Source: Octopus vulgaris (taxonomy: Eukaryota). From it: a DNA stretch of 64,000 nucleotides. Below, one piece after another: positions 42,200 to 56,860 of this stretch (position 1 is the first letter of the stretch; each line of letters opens with the position of its first letter). A program made the translations under genes and the position numbers. The notes under the pieces are model-generated. The model was not told where the DNA came from. It worked only from the letters and a program-made list of their open reading frames with translations, and searched no databases. Where the stretch lies: assembly GCA_951406725.2 (NCBI GenBank), contig OX597818.1, forward strand, positions 29,512,001 to 29,576,000, written 5' to 3'.

Positions 42200-42330
42200 A
42201 AGCCCGTCGATATATATATATATATATCGACGGGCTTCTTTCAGTTTCCGTCTACTAAATCCACTCACAAGGCTTTGGTCGGAACGAGGTTATAGTATAA
42301 GACACTTGCCCAAGCGTCTTCTACTATAGA
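41915..42330 (-). mobile_element. tRNA-derived SINE (head truncated)
   Basis: Homologous to 72-350. Confidence 0.75.
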
Positions 42331-43949
42331 TATATAATAATATATAATATATATATATATTATATATATAATATCTTAATATATAAAATCCATTCCGTAT
42401 GTTTGTGCGCTTCTAACTTGAATAATATTGGTCATCCGATCGCGCTGATCCATGTGTGTGTGTTGCGTGTGTAAAATACATGCACAAGCTATAAATCAAT
42501 GACTCAAAAATCGAATGCTCAGCCCAGACGTGATACCAATACAGCGGAAACACGACAGAAGCATCAAAATCAGTCTTTGACCTCTAAAAGTCCATCCTCC
42601 CAGGGCTGGTTGTGACTGACGAGAATTGATAAAATTAAAGGATTATTTCATGAACATGGCGTTCATAGAGAACCAAAATGGCTCACTCCAATAAGGATGT
42701 CTTTCGACTCTTTTCCAGATTTGAAGCACATCCACAATGCAAGACGGCAACATAGAGGATATAACAGTTTGACGTCTCAAGCGAAATACTTTTCTCCTAT
42801 GAAATTGCTCTTTGTTTCCAAAAGATTTTATTTCTATGTTTTTCATTCAACCACCAATCTGAAGGATAACAATTTGAATGTAACCGTATCTGTTTCAATC
42901 AGTTATTTTTACAGGATAGTGTAGAACGGCCTGAAAAGGGTATTCTGAACATTAACCCACCTTTGTTGGCCAACAGATCAAACAAACGCGAAATAAGTTC
43001 AACCAGCGAAAGACTTAAGTGCAAATTACAAGAAGAAATAAGAATGCCTATTCGCAATAAGTAGAAATAAAATATTAATCAATACCCTTCTGAAGCATTC
43101 TAGAAATATCTCATTAGCAGAAAATAATTCACAATATAAAGTGAATCGAAGTGGTTCACTACTACTAATGCTTTTGTTAGAAAGTACTAAGGGTGAGAAC
43201 AAATGAGTAAGAATGAGAGCGTATTCATTTGAATGCATTCTGTGTGCGTATATATTCGTGTATACATGAAGTGTGCGTGATACATACGTGCGCGATAGTA
43301 CCCGTATGTACAACATTAAAGAATGTATGTAATTCTATTACATGCATTGTACTTTAGCAGTGAAAGAAACCAGGAAGTTGTAAACAGCGGTAGTAGCATC
43401 GGAAATGAATGTGGGCGATCGAGTGTGTATTATGTAGGCATTTGTACTTGTAGTGTGTGTGTGTGCGTGCGCGTTCGTGTGTGTATTTTTATGTGAGTAC
43501 GTTTGTGTGTGTTGTATTATATTACATCATAATGACCAAGTAGAATGACCAAAACACTGTGCATTGATCATTCACAAAAATGTCTATAGGTTCTCTTGTC
43601 AGTGATTTACTTCGAAATTTCAAGGGTTTATTCAATTTTAGCAATTAACCTCTTAATCCCGCCTACATTGACGCCTCCAGATGTTATTCTCTTTTGTTCC
43701 ACTGTTTGTATTGTGAATTGTCTTCCAATTATATTATGGCGAGGTTGTGAATACTATAGAGCAAATAATAAGTTTCTGGCGTGCTGAGTTTGTCATAGTT
43801 TCGAATTACTGTCAAAAGCATCTAACTCTTTAACGAAACTTTAAAAGCATGATATAATTGAATAATTGGCTTGAAAAAAAAACATAAATGTCACACAATC
43901 TCATTTTCCTTTCTTGCTAATTTATGACATTGTGGCAATGTATGAATTC

Positions 43950-44320
43950 ATTGTGTGGAAATACCTCTGGTACTATGTATCAACGATGTAAGCAGGCGTC
44001 TGGTGAAGAAGATGAAAGCGGAGACTGGCTGGTGTCAGATGCATCGTTTCCGGAGACGAGTTGCGTGTGGTCAGTGGTGTGTGTCAAAGACATAGAGCAG
44101 TCGAGAACTGTAGGCTCCCGCATAAGGAAAAACGAACTGTTGCGCCAACACGATTGGACGGCTGGAAACCGACCAATACAAACAACAATTTCAGCTAATC
44201 ACAAGATCATGTGGCCTGCTGGAACGAAAAGGCTTGTGGAGCCTAGACAACCCATAACGAAAACATCTCATACATAATGACTGTAAATCACTTCTGCTAC
44301 AAACCTATTGCTCCTGTAGT
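43950..44320. repeat. Interspersed repeat, copy 1 (LTR-like)
   Basis: Homologous to 56490-56860 (GATGAAAGCG.AGACTGGCTGGTGTC...AATCACTTCTGCTACA). Confidence 0.6.
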
Positions 44321-45689
44321 TATTTCTATGTATACCTATATTTTATGTTTGTCTGTGCTGCGTGTTTATATATATTATGGTTTGTGATTTATGGTGGAGT
44401 GTAATTATGTGAAGTATTGATAAATGTTGTTGTCTGATTATATTTCTGAGAGTAATATGCTGGATTTTAGAGTTTCATCGATCTCAGATTTCATCCGCGT
44501 GTAGTGCGTAACCACGTGTTACTCTGTTCGTTTTTATCATTCAACACATTCCTTCGGTAGCGATCTCGTCTTCTTTTCTGATTTATATACAGGGCAACCT
44601 AAACCGGTATGTTCATCTATTTCAAGAGGTTAATATCAACTTAAAAGAAAAATTTTCTATTCTTTGTGACGAAGGAACACTTTCGTTGGTTTGCAAGTGT
44701 TATGTACCTCTGTGCAGGTTATAGATATCCAATACACTATTCCGGTTGTCCTCAAATGTTCTGTTACAATGCGGTATTTGGGTATGGCGCGGATTTCAAA
44801 ACGAAATTTACAGCTTCAGAAAACCCAGACTGCTTGAAAATATCTAAAACCATGCTATTCGTCATTTATATAAGCATATACATGATTAATAAATGAAGTA
44901 AACAATAGTTTCCAACATTTTAAAAAGAATTTTGAACTTTAAAGTTCGAAGGGTTTTTTTTTTTAATATATTTTTCACGCGAAGTATTCTAGAGGAATAT
45001 TTCGTTTCATCTTCAGTACACGAAATCAAAAAGATTTAGAACGACTGCACAACACAAAACCACTCAGAAAAATTGGTTTCATCAATTTCAATTTAATATT
45101 TAACCTTTTCGCCGAACAAAAGTCTATATTCAATTGTTTGGCTAAATATGATTGCTGCCATAAAGAAAAATCAATTACTTTTCGTAAAATATATGTAGAT
45201 TGTGTTAGGACACTACAAAAGACTTTCAATTTCATATAGTGTATCTTTAGTAAACCAATTTGATACGACCTATCCGACCCTGAACAAAAATAATATTAAA
45301 AAATTTGAGTTCTACACAAGCTTATCAAGTGCAAATCGATCAGTAGATCTCAGTTATTTGTCGATGGGGATTCTGTTTTCTACTAATTAACTTAACTGCT
45401 CCTGGATTAACCTCTAATTGGCTGAGTATTCCACAAACACGTGTACTTATAATGTAATTCTCAGACTGAATCAGCGTGACACAGGCTGAATCAGCGTGAC
45501 AAGGCTGTACTTTTTATATTACAGAAACAACCCGCCCTCGGGGTTGTCGCCCACCCAATTTTACTCATGTATGAATCTATTCGGCACTATAGAAAATATT
45601 TTTCCAAGATGCTACGCAGTCTGATCGAACCCAAGATATCGTTGAGGCGAAGCGAACTTCTTACCATTCGGCTATACTATACCTACAGG

Positions 45690-46580
45690 CAGTATTAAAT
45701 TACATGAGGGGAAAAAGGAAGAGGAAGCCATAAAAATCCGAGAGGCTGTACAACAGAATTTATAGGACCAGCGGACGAAGTGGGAAGGTGCACTCCAGAA
45801 GCAGGGTGTCACCTGGAACGACTTGCGACATAAGCACCTCCTAGAATAAGTTTTATCTTCAGATCTGTCTATGACCACCTGTCTTTGAATACGAACCTAA
45901 TGAAGTGGGACAAATCTGATTATCCTGAATGCCCACTCTACCGGGGTAGGTAGACAATGGAACACATTTTGAGCTCCTACAGAGTAGCACTAGCCCAAGG
46001 AAGGTATACTTAAAAAGATCACACAAGGGATATGTACGGCAAGAGTAAAACCAGAATCTCCAACAACATTCAACACGGCAGGAGACAGCAAATCATAGTC
46101 AAAAACAGCTATGTCATACGAGGCGCGGGAAATGAGTCTTTTGGGCAGTGCGGATGACTGAAAGTACTCAGCAGACCTTCCAGGATCAACAAAACAACTA
46201 GAAATCATCAGGAAGAGTGGTTTGAGGCCGGATATCGTACTCCATTCCATTTCATCAAAGCAACTGATTTTGATTGAACTCACCATACCGATTGAAAGTA
46301 GCACAGAAGAAGCACAGGTGTTCAAGGCTAAAAAATACGCCTGTCTAGACAACAGCATGTGGGAAGGCAATTTCCAGGTCAAGGTTCTCGCCATAGAGAC
46401 TGGAACCAGAAATTTTGTGAGATAAGCTGCTTACAATCTAATGAAACGACTCTCAGTCTCTGGGAAGAACAAGACTAAATTAGGGTTAGGGTTAGGGTTA
46501 GTGGCAATATCAGAGACAGCGGAGAGTTGTTCCAGCTAGATCTGGTCGAGGAGGAACAAAAACGATCTCCATATCGTTTA
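45690..46580 (+). mobile_element. Decayed HERO-like RLE non-LTR retrotransposon 3' part
   Basis: CPL..G..TMEHILSS...ALAQGRY; RPDIVL.S...KQLILIELTIP.E..EEA...K.KKY; AIETGTRNF. Confidence 0.8.
46480..46501 (+). repeat. Short interstitial telomeric repeat (TTAGGG)3-TTAG
   Basis: ttagggttagggttagggttag inside the HERO-like ORF. Confidence 0.8.
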
Positions 46581-47393
46581 AAGTTAGTATGTTTGTACTT
46601 TAAATCTAAAAGAAGTCATTCTGAGTGAGTCACTGTGATGGTGTTGACGTTTCACCGCTATCATGACTATCAACATTATTTCTTCTTTAAGTACAAATTT
46701 GAAAGCTAAGTCAACGGAGAAGAATTACAACTAGATGAAATCTACAAGCGGTTTAAATGTACAAGTCTCCGATATTCAAATGGCTAAAAAGTGCCAGCAG
46801 AAGGGTACCCAAGAGTCATGACCTGAATGCGACCCGCCCCACTTAAAGAGTAAGAAGTTAACGGCCGAAACACTTGTCTGAGACGGGTTCTCCGAAGACT
46901 ATCTGCTGTTCAGCTCTCTTGAGAGTTTCTCACCACTAAGATTAGAATGATAGCTCCTATCTCTTTCAGGTTTAGCTCGTAAGCAAACGCCTTTCATTTT
47001 GATGATAATGGGTATTTTCTTCCTGAGGCGTAATGTTGTAATATATGCATGTGTATTCAACTTAATTGATACTAGATTGCGAATTTGTAATTCGTGAGGA
47101 ACAGAGCAACAGAAACACTATAATGCTGGTTCCTAATTCCTCATGTTGTGTGTAATGTATTTTTCTTGTAAACAAGAAACATATAAAAAATACATTATTC
47201 AACTAGTTACAAATGCCAGAGACTCGTCACTTCATCACTTTGTCCTTGCCCGTTTGACTCTACAACAAATGGACAGACACGGAAGTGAAAGCAGTTTAAT
47301 ATATATGTGCCAATGCATTATATCGTTACGATTACTTATAGATTGCTTCTTCACTTTTAAGAAACAATTTATATAAATATAAATATTTATGTG

Positions 47394-47425
<32 letters not shown>

Positions 47426-47538
47426 AAGTATATATTTCTATATATATATGAGTGTGTTCGTGTGTGTCTGTGTATATATATATGTATATATATGTGTGTG
47501 TATATGTATATGTGTATATATATGTGTGTGTGTGCATA

Positions 47539-47586
<48 letters not shown>

Positions 47587-47618
47587 TATATATATGTATG
47601 TGTGTGTATATATATGTA

Positions 47619-47687
<69 letters not shown>

Positions 47688-47749
47688 TTGTATGTATAAT
47701 ATAGATAGATAGATAGAGAGATAGATAGATAAATAGATAGATAGATGTG

Positions 47750-47809
<60 letters not shown>

Positions 47810-49942
47810 GATATTTATGAAAATATACATACATTTATGGTGCTCTAACTACCTATGAGATCCATTCTCTACTTAGATGATTATGATCTCCACATGCAGA
47901 TGGTGAACACACACACGTGTACTATCAAACCTAAGCAGATACCAACATGAATACATGCATACAGACACACATTTATAAGTTATTGAACAACACTGTTTAG
48001 TATATGAATTGTTGTAAGTAATGTATAATGAAGATATACATGATTCTGTCATTTACTTTCCATTTCTAACAGATGAGTTAAATCGCTTGACTGAGGTATA
48101 ATGACAGTCGGATATATATCTTTTTTGATGCACTATTTTGGAGCACTTAACTATTGAAATTATTGCTTGAACGTTATTTTTTCGCTTTTCCATCCACTAA
48201 AATGCCCAGTGTGATAAGTGTCGATCAATTATAATTACTTGAAAATGAAAGACATTTGTTTTAACAATGTTGATCGATCTAACAATGATACTAACGTTTG
48301 CTGCAATAACTTAGGACTCACATACATGAGTCTGCTAACATGTTTAATCGGTCTCTTTGATATTGTTTCCATTTTCCTCAGTTGACAACCAGTCACTCAG
48401 TGACAATACTCAGTAAATTCTACAGCAAGGTTTACTTCAAGCTTAATCATTGCCAAGGCTTGTAATAATCTCATTTTTTATTTTGTAAAGTGTCAATGAG
48501 GCATCAACACAATACCACAAAACGATGCCAAGAAGAAAGTTGAAATCGAGATCAAGTTAACAGAATACAGCCAGTGACAATTCCAATTTAATAAGTTTAA
48601 GATGTGGTGTTTTAAGTTTGGCCATTTCCCGAGAGTCAAAGAGTCACCCAAAATGTATAGAATAACTTTCTCGCGAAGAGAGTTACTGGAAGAAACTAAG
48701 GATATAAATATCGACTTTCATAGTCTCTAAATTCCACGGTCATTAAAGGCTTATTCTACAGACAGGAACGAATTGGTCTTGAATGAAAATCGGGATGTTA
48801 GTTTATCCGAATCTACTCACATCTCTAGTTTGCTTTGGGCAAGAATATAATTACATGTGCTTAACTATGTTTATTCAGTTGTTGGTTTTCTTGGAGCGAG
48901 AGAAGATGTTAGTCCGCCGAATCTTACTAAAGCACTGTTCAAATCTGGCTGGCTTGTGGCGAAAAGTGAGATGTATGTTCCCTGGTTGCTTTCAACTTCT
49001 GTCAAGATTTTTAGTGCCAAACTGTTTATGACTAGAGAAAAGAGCACGAATCTCCAGGACATTTGAAATGATGTTACGACTTTGCAAGCCAATTGGTCGA
49101 TAAATACAACATACACACATACACCTGACAATTGTTTGGTCCATTTGTGGCTCTAACTTCATAACTTAGAGAATGGGGTTCAAATCTTAGGTCTCACAAC
49201 ACCATTAACGAAAGTAGAGGGAATGCAAAAATACGATAACAAATTCCTAAAAAGCTTGCTTGATTTTCCATCTTGTATATAGTGCGATTATTAAACACGC
49301 TCGAAAAGTTGTTTAGTGTAGCAAAATTCCGTTACCACATGATACTATGAAAATATGTAGATCTTGTTCGTTCAATATAGCCAAAAATGCTATATTTAGT
49401 GTATTTTGGGAAGTTCATTCGTTGTACGTCACGCATTTGAATATATGACGAACTTGAAATGTGGATGCAACCAAAGAAATCTAGCCATTACTAATTTTTT
49501 TTTTAATTTCATGTACTTAGCATATTTATAGGGAAATGAAGATCATTTACTTTTTATATTCAAATATTAATATTTATAGTTCTAGACTCAATAGATATTA
49601 GCTACCTTATCTACCCAGAGGACACAACTACGGAATATATTGCTTATCCTTCATACATGCACTATTATAAGCAAGTAATTGAAAAAGTAAGTAAAATTTA
49701 AAATATTTGAGAATTTATTAATCTTTTGAATAGCTCATACGAGTTATTTTGAAGTTATACACTCGATTTGAACCACTTTACAGACCAGTGTGTTGTGCTG
49801 TACTGCAGATGCTGTGTGATACATGAAATGTTCATTGAATATTAGTACATCGTCATCGTCGTCGCTATCAGTCATTATCACTATTATCATCAGTATCAGT
49901 GCCATCATTCTCGTTGCCAATATTATTAATGCCGTCATTTTA

Positions 49943-50160
49943 TGGCGACGAACTGGCAAGATCGTTAGCACGCCAGACAAGACGCTTAACGGCATTTCGC
50001 CCGTCTTAGCATTCTGAGATCAAATTCCACCGAGATCGACTTTGCCTTCCATCCTTTTGGGTCGATAAAATAAGTACAAGTTGAGCACTAAAGTCTACTA
50101 AATCGACTAGTCCCCTTCCTCAAACTTGCCGACCATGTACCAACGTTTAAAATCAATATT
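49943..50160 (+). mobile_element. tRNA-derived SINE (second family)
   Basis: Homologous to 51472-51640; a partial minus-strand copy lies at 19430-19522. Confidence 0.7.
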
Positions 50161-51469
50161 AACACCATCATTAACAAATACAACTAAATGACCAACGCCC
50201 ATATTTTCTTCATAAATATTGTCATCATCACTATCTCCATCTCTTATTTTCATATCCTTATTTGTAGTTTACTTACATGACAGTAAGTATAAAAGTATAT
50301 GTTATATATATGTATATATATGTATATATATATATGTAAATATATGTACATATATATACATATATATATGTGTGTGTGTATATATATATATACACACACA
50401 TATATACATATTCATACATACATACATGCATGCATACATAAATACATACATGCATACACACATACATACATACACACATACATACTCGAATACACACTCG
50501 CATAAGCACTCGGGTGGGCATATGTTTACACACAACCTATATATCATTGGCTTTTAGTATGCAGGTCTTGTTTTCGATTATTTCTGCTATTCATAAATTT
50601 TTATCTTTGAGATACAATGCTATGAATAGGTATTTTTTTGTCTTTCTTTTTATATTCATGACATCTAATCCAGTTCATTTTAGCAATAAATCAATATGTT
50701 TCATTCATAAAATTCGATCTCCTTACTACACCATTGAAATACGCATTAGTATTCAATTCTCTTGGCGCTCCTTAGAAGCTATCACACTATCGTAACCAGG
50801 ATGACCCTGGAGGTTACTGGCGCTACGAACGTGATGAACTTCGTTGCTCTTTGTAAATGAAAGATTCGAAGAACATACATTACGCACCCTAGCATGTGAC
50901 GCCCTGGGCGACTGCCCAAGTTGAGGGTACCTTGTGCCGGCTCTGACTATAATCCATTTAAACACAACTACCCTATTATAATTTTCCCTATACACACCGC
51001 TGCAGACACCGTCACATAAAGACACTCTACACAGCACAACGTTTCAAACATTTTCATATAACTACTTGCAAAGATGAGATAAAAGTTACTGTCTAACTAC
51101 TCCAAATACCTCCACATATCTCACTATCGTATCACTACAAATACCATGGAACTACTACTTCAACTTTCATGCCACAAGGACTGTCATTAATTTATAACAC
51201 TTACACCAAGTCTCATATTGTATTGCATAATTTGCCACCACAGATATCCTCGCTTCGTCCCATTCATTTAACTCATGTATACACCACTTCAATTCCCACA
51301 ACTCCATTATGACTACTATGGCAATCATGTAATCCCACCATACAACAGTCGTCATATTGCTTACAATTTCAATTACAACACTTCATCATTCAAGTGGCCT
51401 TTCTGGCGATAACCACTCACGTCTTTTTGTAGAAAATGTTGTATTCGCGATTTAATATTCCAGTAAGAT

Positions 51470-52055
51470 GCGGCGGCAAGCTGGCAGAATCGTTAGCACG
51501 CCGGACGAAATTCTTAGCGGTATTTCGTCTGCCGTTACGTTCTGAGTTCAAATTCCGCCGAGGTCGACTTTGCCCTTCATCCTTTCGGGGTCGATTAAGT
51601 AAGTACCACTTATGCACTGGGGTCGATGTTATCGACTTAATTCGTTTGTCTGTCCTTCTTTGTCCTCTCTGTGTTTAGCCCCTTGTGGGTAGTAAAGAAA
51701 TAGGTATTTCGTCTGCCGTTACGTTCTGAGTTCAAAATTCCACCGAGGTCGACTTTGCCTTTCATCCTTTCGGAGTCGATTAAATAAGTACCAGTTACGC
51801 ACTGGGGTCGATATAATCTACTTAATCCGTTTGTCTGTCCTTGTTTGTCCCCTCTGTGTTTAACCCCTTGTGGATAGTAAAGAAATAGGTATTTCGTCTG
51901 CCGTTACGTTCTGAGTTCAAATTCCGCCGAGGTTGACTTTGCCTTTCATCCTTTCGGGGTCGATAAATCAAGTACTAGGTGCGTACTGGGGTCGATCTAA
52001 TTGACTGGCCCCCAACTCCTTAAAAATTCCGGACCTTGTGCTTAGAGTAGAAAAG
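51470..52055 (+). mobile_element. tRNA-derived SINE with triplicated ~185-bp body
   Basis: GGTATTTCGTCTGCCGTTACG at 51519, 51703 and 51888; TSD-like AATATTCCAgTAaGAT 51454-51469 / AATATTCCAaTAtGAT 52056-52071. Confidence 0.8.
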
Positions 52056-53654
52056 AATATTCCAATATGATTCATTATTTTTTTTTTTTTTTACTATAAG
52101 AAATGATTTGATGGCAGATTTAGTCGAAATTCGGGAATGATTAAGTTTGAGGGAGATTCGTGTAGATCAACTGATATCATCGTATCTCCTTCATTATCTT
52201 GTATAGAAGCTTCCTTGTTGACTCATAAAGTGGTTTCAACTGGACATAGAAAATGCACAATTTGTCAGCGTAGCAAAATCCAACCACAATATGCATGTCC
52301 CTACTTAAGAAATCACCCCTAAATACCCAGTATATCTATAACATCCTGAACAACATCATTTTAAGAATACTGAGAACACTAAGACCAAGCAAACGTAAAA
52401 GTTCATTCACCCCAAAATTGTATCAACAACAGCAGTCTCAAATAGCGTGGTCATCAGCCAGGAGGCAAAACATGGTGATACGAACGCTGGGTTTGTGAAT
52501 TGTATCCTTTCGTTCTATTCAGAGTAGACAGAGATTACACAACAACATCAACAATCAGTGAAGAACTTGGCCAATAAACTGCAAGAAACGAAACACTGAT
52601 CAGTTATACGTGACATTTAAAATTGATTGAAATAGAATTGAGAGACCACTGCCTTTACCTTAGGTTCAATACAGTGAGTGACATCTTAGGTGTCACATAT
52701 ATATTTAATCAAAGCTAATCGGAGTTACACAGCAACAACAACAAACAAGAGAAAGACTTCGCTACTTCACTGCTGCGAAAACATCTACTGAGAACTATGA
52801 AATAATGAAATAAATCAAAAACAAACGACGAAAACATTGATGGTTACCTGTGTAAAGTAATACATTAATCTATTAGGAAAATGTTGTTGGTTTTGTCTAA
52901 TATAAGTAATGTATTGCAAATGTTCGCACGAATGGTTGACTAGCAGCCACATTGCAGAAGCTTCCCCCACGAGACAAATTCAGTTGTCCACACAAAAATA
53001 TGTGCAATTTGAGCAAAAACCGTGTTATTTGGTGCAAGATTAAAAGGGATATTCATACTTTGAAATTGGTGCAAAAAAAAAGTATGAAAACTACGACGTG
53101 CAAAATTATGCATCACCAATACCCGATGAAAATGACAATCGAATAAAAGGTCAAATGTTATTTTTCAATGCCAGCAATTACATCAAAAAACACATAAAAG
53201 AGATACCTACATAACTATGCTCCTCCAGCTCCTGATTTTGTTTCCTCATAACTTCCAGAAAAATGGATATTTTTCAATGAAATTTTCTACAAATAAGCTT
53301 CAGATGGTGTAGATTACTATTGAATTAGAATTTGTTGTGAAATGTTTTTTTTTTCTAAGAGTGGGGAGAGAAATTTTGAAAAATTCAAATGAGTTGGCTT
53401 TGTTTCAGGATAAATTTCAGAAAAATGTATATTTTTATGTAATTTTCTATAAATGCTTATCACCTGTTGTAGATTAGGATTTTAATGTGAAAAATAAAAT
53501 TGTTGAGCACTTACATATATATACTGGCACACATCACAATTCTATTAGAAATTGCAAGTTTCATTTTGTACATATATGTGATGTGACACTGTTGGCACTC
53601 CGTCGGTTACGTTAACGAGGGTTTCAGTTGATTCGATCAACGGAACAACCTTGG

Positions 53655-53904
53655 GAACCAGACAAAAATTGCTGCAGCTCGGCTGGGATGTGTTACCCCA
53701 CCCTCCATATTCACCAGATATTGCTCCTTCGGATTTCCACTTATTCAGTTCTGGGAAGAGGGTATTTTCAAGTTAAAGGAAAGATGGAGACGCATTGTGC
53801 AACAAAATGGTTCATATTTGGTTGATTAAAAATATAATGGCAAGTATTTATTGACCTTTTTCTTGCCTTTAAAAATCGGCACGAACTTTCCGGACAACCC
53901 AATA
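53655..53904 (+). mobile_element. Mariner 3' fragment with right TIR, nested in a SINE-like repeat
   Basis: QLGWDVLPHPPYSPDIAPSDFHLF; ends ...CACGAACTTTCCGGACAACCCAATA. Confidence 0.75.
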
Positions 53905-56489
53905 CAACTCATTTTTGCCGGCTGAGTGGACTGGAGGCACGTAATATAAAGAGTAGAGTCTTGCTCAAGGACACAACGCGTCGCCAAGTATTGAACTCAT
54001 GAACTTGTGATCGTAAGCCGAATATCCTAAACATTAACTCACATACCTTCGTTTTGTGAGTCAGTATCTATGTCTTCGAACCCATTATTTTTTTTTTTTC
54101 TGTATTGAATTCCGATATAATCATAATCTGCACCATCTGAAAGGTGAGAACTTCATTAAAATATGCCCATTTTTCTAAAGGTTATGAGGAAACAAAGCCG
54201 ACTCGCGTGAATTTTCCGAAACTCACCCTCGGAAATTTTTTTTTTTTTCGCAACAAATTCCGGTACAGTCATAATCTACACTATCTAAAGCGTATTTGTA
54301 AAAAAATATTCAAAAATACCCATTTTTCTGGACCTTATGAGTAAACAAAGTTGAAACGGGCACACATGTGTGGGTAAGCCGACATCTTAACTGTTTAAAA
54401 GCAGACCAACAATGCCACTGTTTCTATTTATACGCATTTCAGGATCTTAGGTCCCCTTCACCTCCACCTAGACACAAAAGAAAGGCCAAAGACTATTATC
54501 ACTATAGTTACGGCAAAATACTCTTTAATTCACTATCATAATGGTAAATAAAGATAACATAAATTTTATTACTATTTAATAATTCTATATTGAACAATAG
54601 TATCTATAGCATTTAAGTTCTTTTTTTATTCTTTTGTTTTTCTTTTTTGTTTGTTTCTTAACATTAAAGACACCACAGGGCTTTTATACCTTCAATGTAA
54701 TGGACTTCAGTATTTGTGCCTTTTTGGCTCGATAAAATGAGGATTTATTGTGCCAATGCGTATGCGTGTGCACATATACGCGCACGTATACACGCACGGG
54801 CAAGCATGTACACACATACACAGATATCGAAATAAATGTGCACGTATTCTTTTGTGTGTGTATGTGTGTGTTACTTAATTTAAAATGTTTATTTCCCAGT
54901 CAAATGTCTTACGAATAATATAAATAATATAAATGTTATATGTATAATTGATGGTTTTCAATTTCGTTCCATAGTTATAGTGTCACATGCTGAGACGTAG
55001 CTGTATAATATTATAGATTAATGAACATGGATATGTATGGAATATATTTTGATTTGTCATTGTGAGGGGAAAAATCTGTGTGTGTATGTGTGTGTATGTG
55101 TGCGTGTGTGTGTGTGCGTGCGCGCGCGCGTGTGTGTATGAGTGAATGTTATGTGACTGTTACTACATACATGTGTGTATATATGTTTGTACACGCGTAT
55201 GCGCGCTTATTCACGCGCATCACTGTGTATCGAGCCGTGTGTTTATATTGTGTATTCATGTGCGTATATGTCGTTGTGTACTTGTCTGGTTTGTGGCTTG
55301 TAAATGTCTGCCCTTTTAATGAACTTACAACCAGCGTTAATGCCAGGTGGATGGGGAATCATCGTTGGAGAACAATAGGAGAAATGAAATAATGGCATAC
55401 TTTTGGAAAGTGGATATTGAATGGTCCCCAACTCAATAAACTATATGAAGTATATGAAGACGTTGAACAGTGTCGAAAGTTCAACAGGACCCAATATAGT
55501 TTATTATAATCATATTCCTCCCACTTGACAACAGTATGATAAGGATAATATTTATTAAAAACATATTTGGACATTTTTTTATCACTCCATTAATTAAACT
55601 AAGGTCTCTGTTTCAAAAATTGGCCACTGTAATTATTTCTTCTTTTCTTTATCCTTTAGTCTTTGAACCATATCAGAATATTAATCTGCTTCGATAATAA
55701 TTTACTTATAATGTCTTTTAGATTTCCTTTTATAGATGCATTCCATCCACATTGATCAGTCACCGTTTGTTACTAATGAAAGGGAGTAAATATAGATTTT
55801 AAATATATCTTCCTAATTTATAAAATTATTAAACTTGTCAGCTCTTTACTAAGATGCACGTATAGCTGAATGATTAAGAGCTTTACTCTGTAACTACGTG
55901 TCTTCAGGTTCAGTTCAACCGCGAGCTATTTTGAGTATAGTCTACCAAAGACTCGCATTGGCCAAAGTTTTGCGAGTGGGATTTGGTAAACAGAAACTGA
56001 GTGGAAGCTTGTCGAAGAGACTTTTCCGGTTTTAAGATGAAATACTTAATACGCTGACTTGTTTAACACCGCTACCTGGTTTTAGTCTCTTTAGAGAAAT
56101 GTATTTTGTTGCGAGTTTTCAAGAAGGGCCTCTGAAGATACCTGCCTTTACCAATCTCGGAGGCCCTGAAAAAAGTCATGGGCGCTACTCTGTGTTCTTG
56201 ATGTCATTTTTAAATATAAATATTCCACTCTTAATCAATCCTTGTTATCTATAACAAAAATGGGTAATAAGGGAAATGTGGAAAATGTAAGATTGAAACT
56301 GAACTGGTAAGCGACGATTTATTCTCCGTTATAAAATACAATGATTGCCATACATGAAATAAAATAACATAACAGGTTACAACAAAGATGTGTGAGAGAC
56401 TTCGTGGTTAGGCTGGACTGTTTGGTCTTGTAGACAAATTTGACATACTGTATGGTGGTGTGTAGAGGCAGCAGTTGGTCTATTGGTTG

Positions 56490-56860
56490 TGTGCTGGTCA
56501 TGCAGCAACGATGTAGACAGGTGTCTGATGTAGATGAAAGCGTAGACTGGCTGGTGTCTAACGCATCGTTGCCGAAGACGAGTTGCGTGTGGTCAGTGGC
56601 GTGTGCCAAAGATCTAGAGCAGTCGAGAACTGCTGTCTTTATAGAGAATAGTAAGCTCCCAGGAGCTGGTGATTAATTTTCTGCGTAAGGAAAAATGAAC
56701 TGTTGCGCCAATACAAACAACAGGTTCGTTTAATCACGAAGTCATGTGACCTCCCGGAACGAAAAGGCTTGTGGAGCCGATATTCGGGTATTTAAGCCTA
56801 GATAACCCATAATGAAAACACCTCATACATAATGACAGTGTAAATCACTTCTGCTACAGT
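56490..56860. repeat. Interspersed repeat, copy 2 (LTR-like)
   Basis: Homologous to 43950-44320. Confidence 0.6.

Noticed and set aside
42374-43030. Helitron helicase C-terminal remnant
   Set aside because: Similarity is too faint to call by eye and no 3' hairpin/CTAG was found.
48871-49131. Short ORF with a signal-peptide-like start (MSWRFVLFSLV...)
   Set aside because: No splice or family support; compatible with chance or a decayed transposon.
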